DNA from: Chlorokybus atmophyticus
Lineage: Eukaryota; Plantae; Mesostigma and Chlorokybus algae
Length of the DNA: 64,000 nt
NCBI GenBank assembly: GCA_009103225.1
Contig: RHPI01000890.1
Location: 151,579-215,578 of the forward strand
Direction: 5' to 3'
Shown here: in pieces, positions 63,173 through 64,000 of the stretch
Numbering within the stretch: position 1 is the first letter of the stretch
Layout: each line of letters starts with the position of its first letter
The notes under the pieces: generated by a model
Told to the model about the DNA's origin: nothing
Database searches by the model: none
What the model saw: the letters and a program-made list of their open reading frames with translations, nothing else
Made by a program: the position numbers and the translations under genes

Positions 63173-64000
63173 ATGACCGTGAACGAGGTGGTGCCGCCCT
63201 CTCCCCCGGCCGCTGTGGTCGCTACATTCGGCCCCAGGGACGGCGGCAGCTACGCCTCCGCCGCTGTGCAGACGCTGAAACGCCAGCCAGGTTACACAAA
63301 TTGCTGTGACCTGTTGACCAATGCCTGTTGTGTCTCAGCACTGCAAGCATTGCTATGGCCTTCAGACGGTGTCATAGAAACAGGCTGCACAGTCTGAGGC
63401 TCATGCATAATTTATAACTACAACTTCCTACCCAGGTGTTGCCAAATGCCTGCTGTTCAAGCGCAATGCGGGCGCTCCAACCATCACCCACGCCATTGTA
63501 CAGGTAATGTGCAAGTGGGGAGTGGAAATGTGTGCTCAGGGCATTGTTTACGCTGGTAAGTTGCAATGTGGCTGCATGCGCAGTGGTTCAACAGCAAAGC
63601 TGAGATGGCTGCGAGTCTGAACGCCGCAGCCGACACATGGGCACAATTGGAGTCGGGCTGCGATGTGTTTTACAAAGACACGCTCACCCTCGAGAAAGAG
63701 GTGTGGCATGAATGGGCATCGGTCTTGCTCATACCCGCAACGGCTTGACATGTGTGTTCGACCAGACGCTGGTGAAGAAGCCAACCGAGAGCAGCGACCT
63801 GCTATTCATCGTTGGCTTTGAGATTCCAAGTGACAAGATCAATGACCTTGTTGACGACTGGTTCCAGGTGAGAAGTGAGCGAGGCGCTAATGATACCAAT
63901 GACACATGCATTGGCAAGTTGATTGTGCTGACAGAACCAGTTGTGACCGCCTGTGCAACAATGACGCGCTATGCTTTGTTCTGTCCATGCAGGCCATGCC
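63173..64000 (+). CDS. 5' part of a multi-exon hypothetical protein, possibly a dimeric alpha-beta barrel (ABM-like); runs off the window
   Basis: GT-AG-bounded exons join in frame as MTVNEVV..VQTLKRQP|GVAKCLLFKRNAGAPTITHAIVQ|WFNSKAEMAASL..LEKE|TLVKKPTESSDLLFIVGFEIPSDKINDLVDDWFQ. The fold assignment is only a pattern impression. Confidence 0.55.

Overview
Intron-rich eukaryotic nuclear DNA using the standard genetic code, most likely from a flagellated green alga or early-diverging streptophyte. That placement is inferred from a plastid-type EGY2 protease with a transit-peptide-like N-terminus, the outer-dynein-arm factor CCDC151/ODAD3 and plant-type telo-boxes. The left 40 kb is gene-dense: EGY2-like M50 protease, a longin VAMP7-like SNARE, an acyl-protein thioesterase, CCT3 and SPT6 head-to-head, CCDC151, a bacterial-type Zn-ADH/MDR protein and a KMO-like FAD monooxygenase, plus a decayed CRE-type non-LTR fragment. 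The right 22 kb is a nest of decayed LTR retrotransposons. It holds a chromodomain Ty3/gypsy with an intact-looking -1 frameshift pseudoknot, and a second Ty3/gypsy (minus strand, both LTRs present) that carries a C5 cytosine DNA methyltransferase domain upstream of RT and a PHD finger after integrase. A Ty1/copia element has inserted into that second element. Other patterns are frequent GC-AG introns, telo-boxes next to five start codons, a WG/GW Argonaute-hook-like tail on SPT6, a non-canonical Asn at the SNARE zero layer and many palindromes. Probable assembly artefacts are a 1028-bp SPT6 copy inside CCDC151, a 505-bp (CT)n run and an N gap. All gene models and domain calls were made by eye, without database searches.
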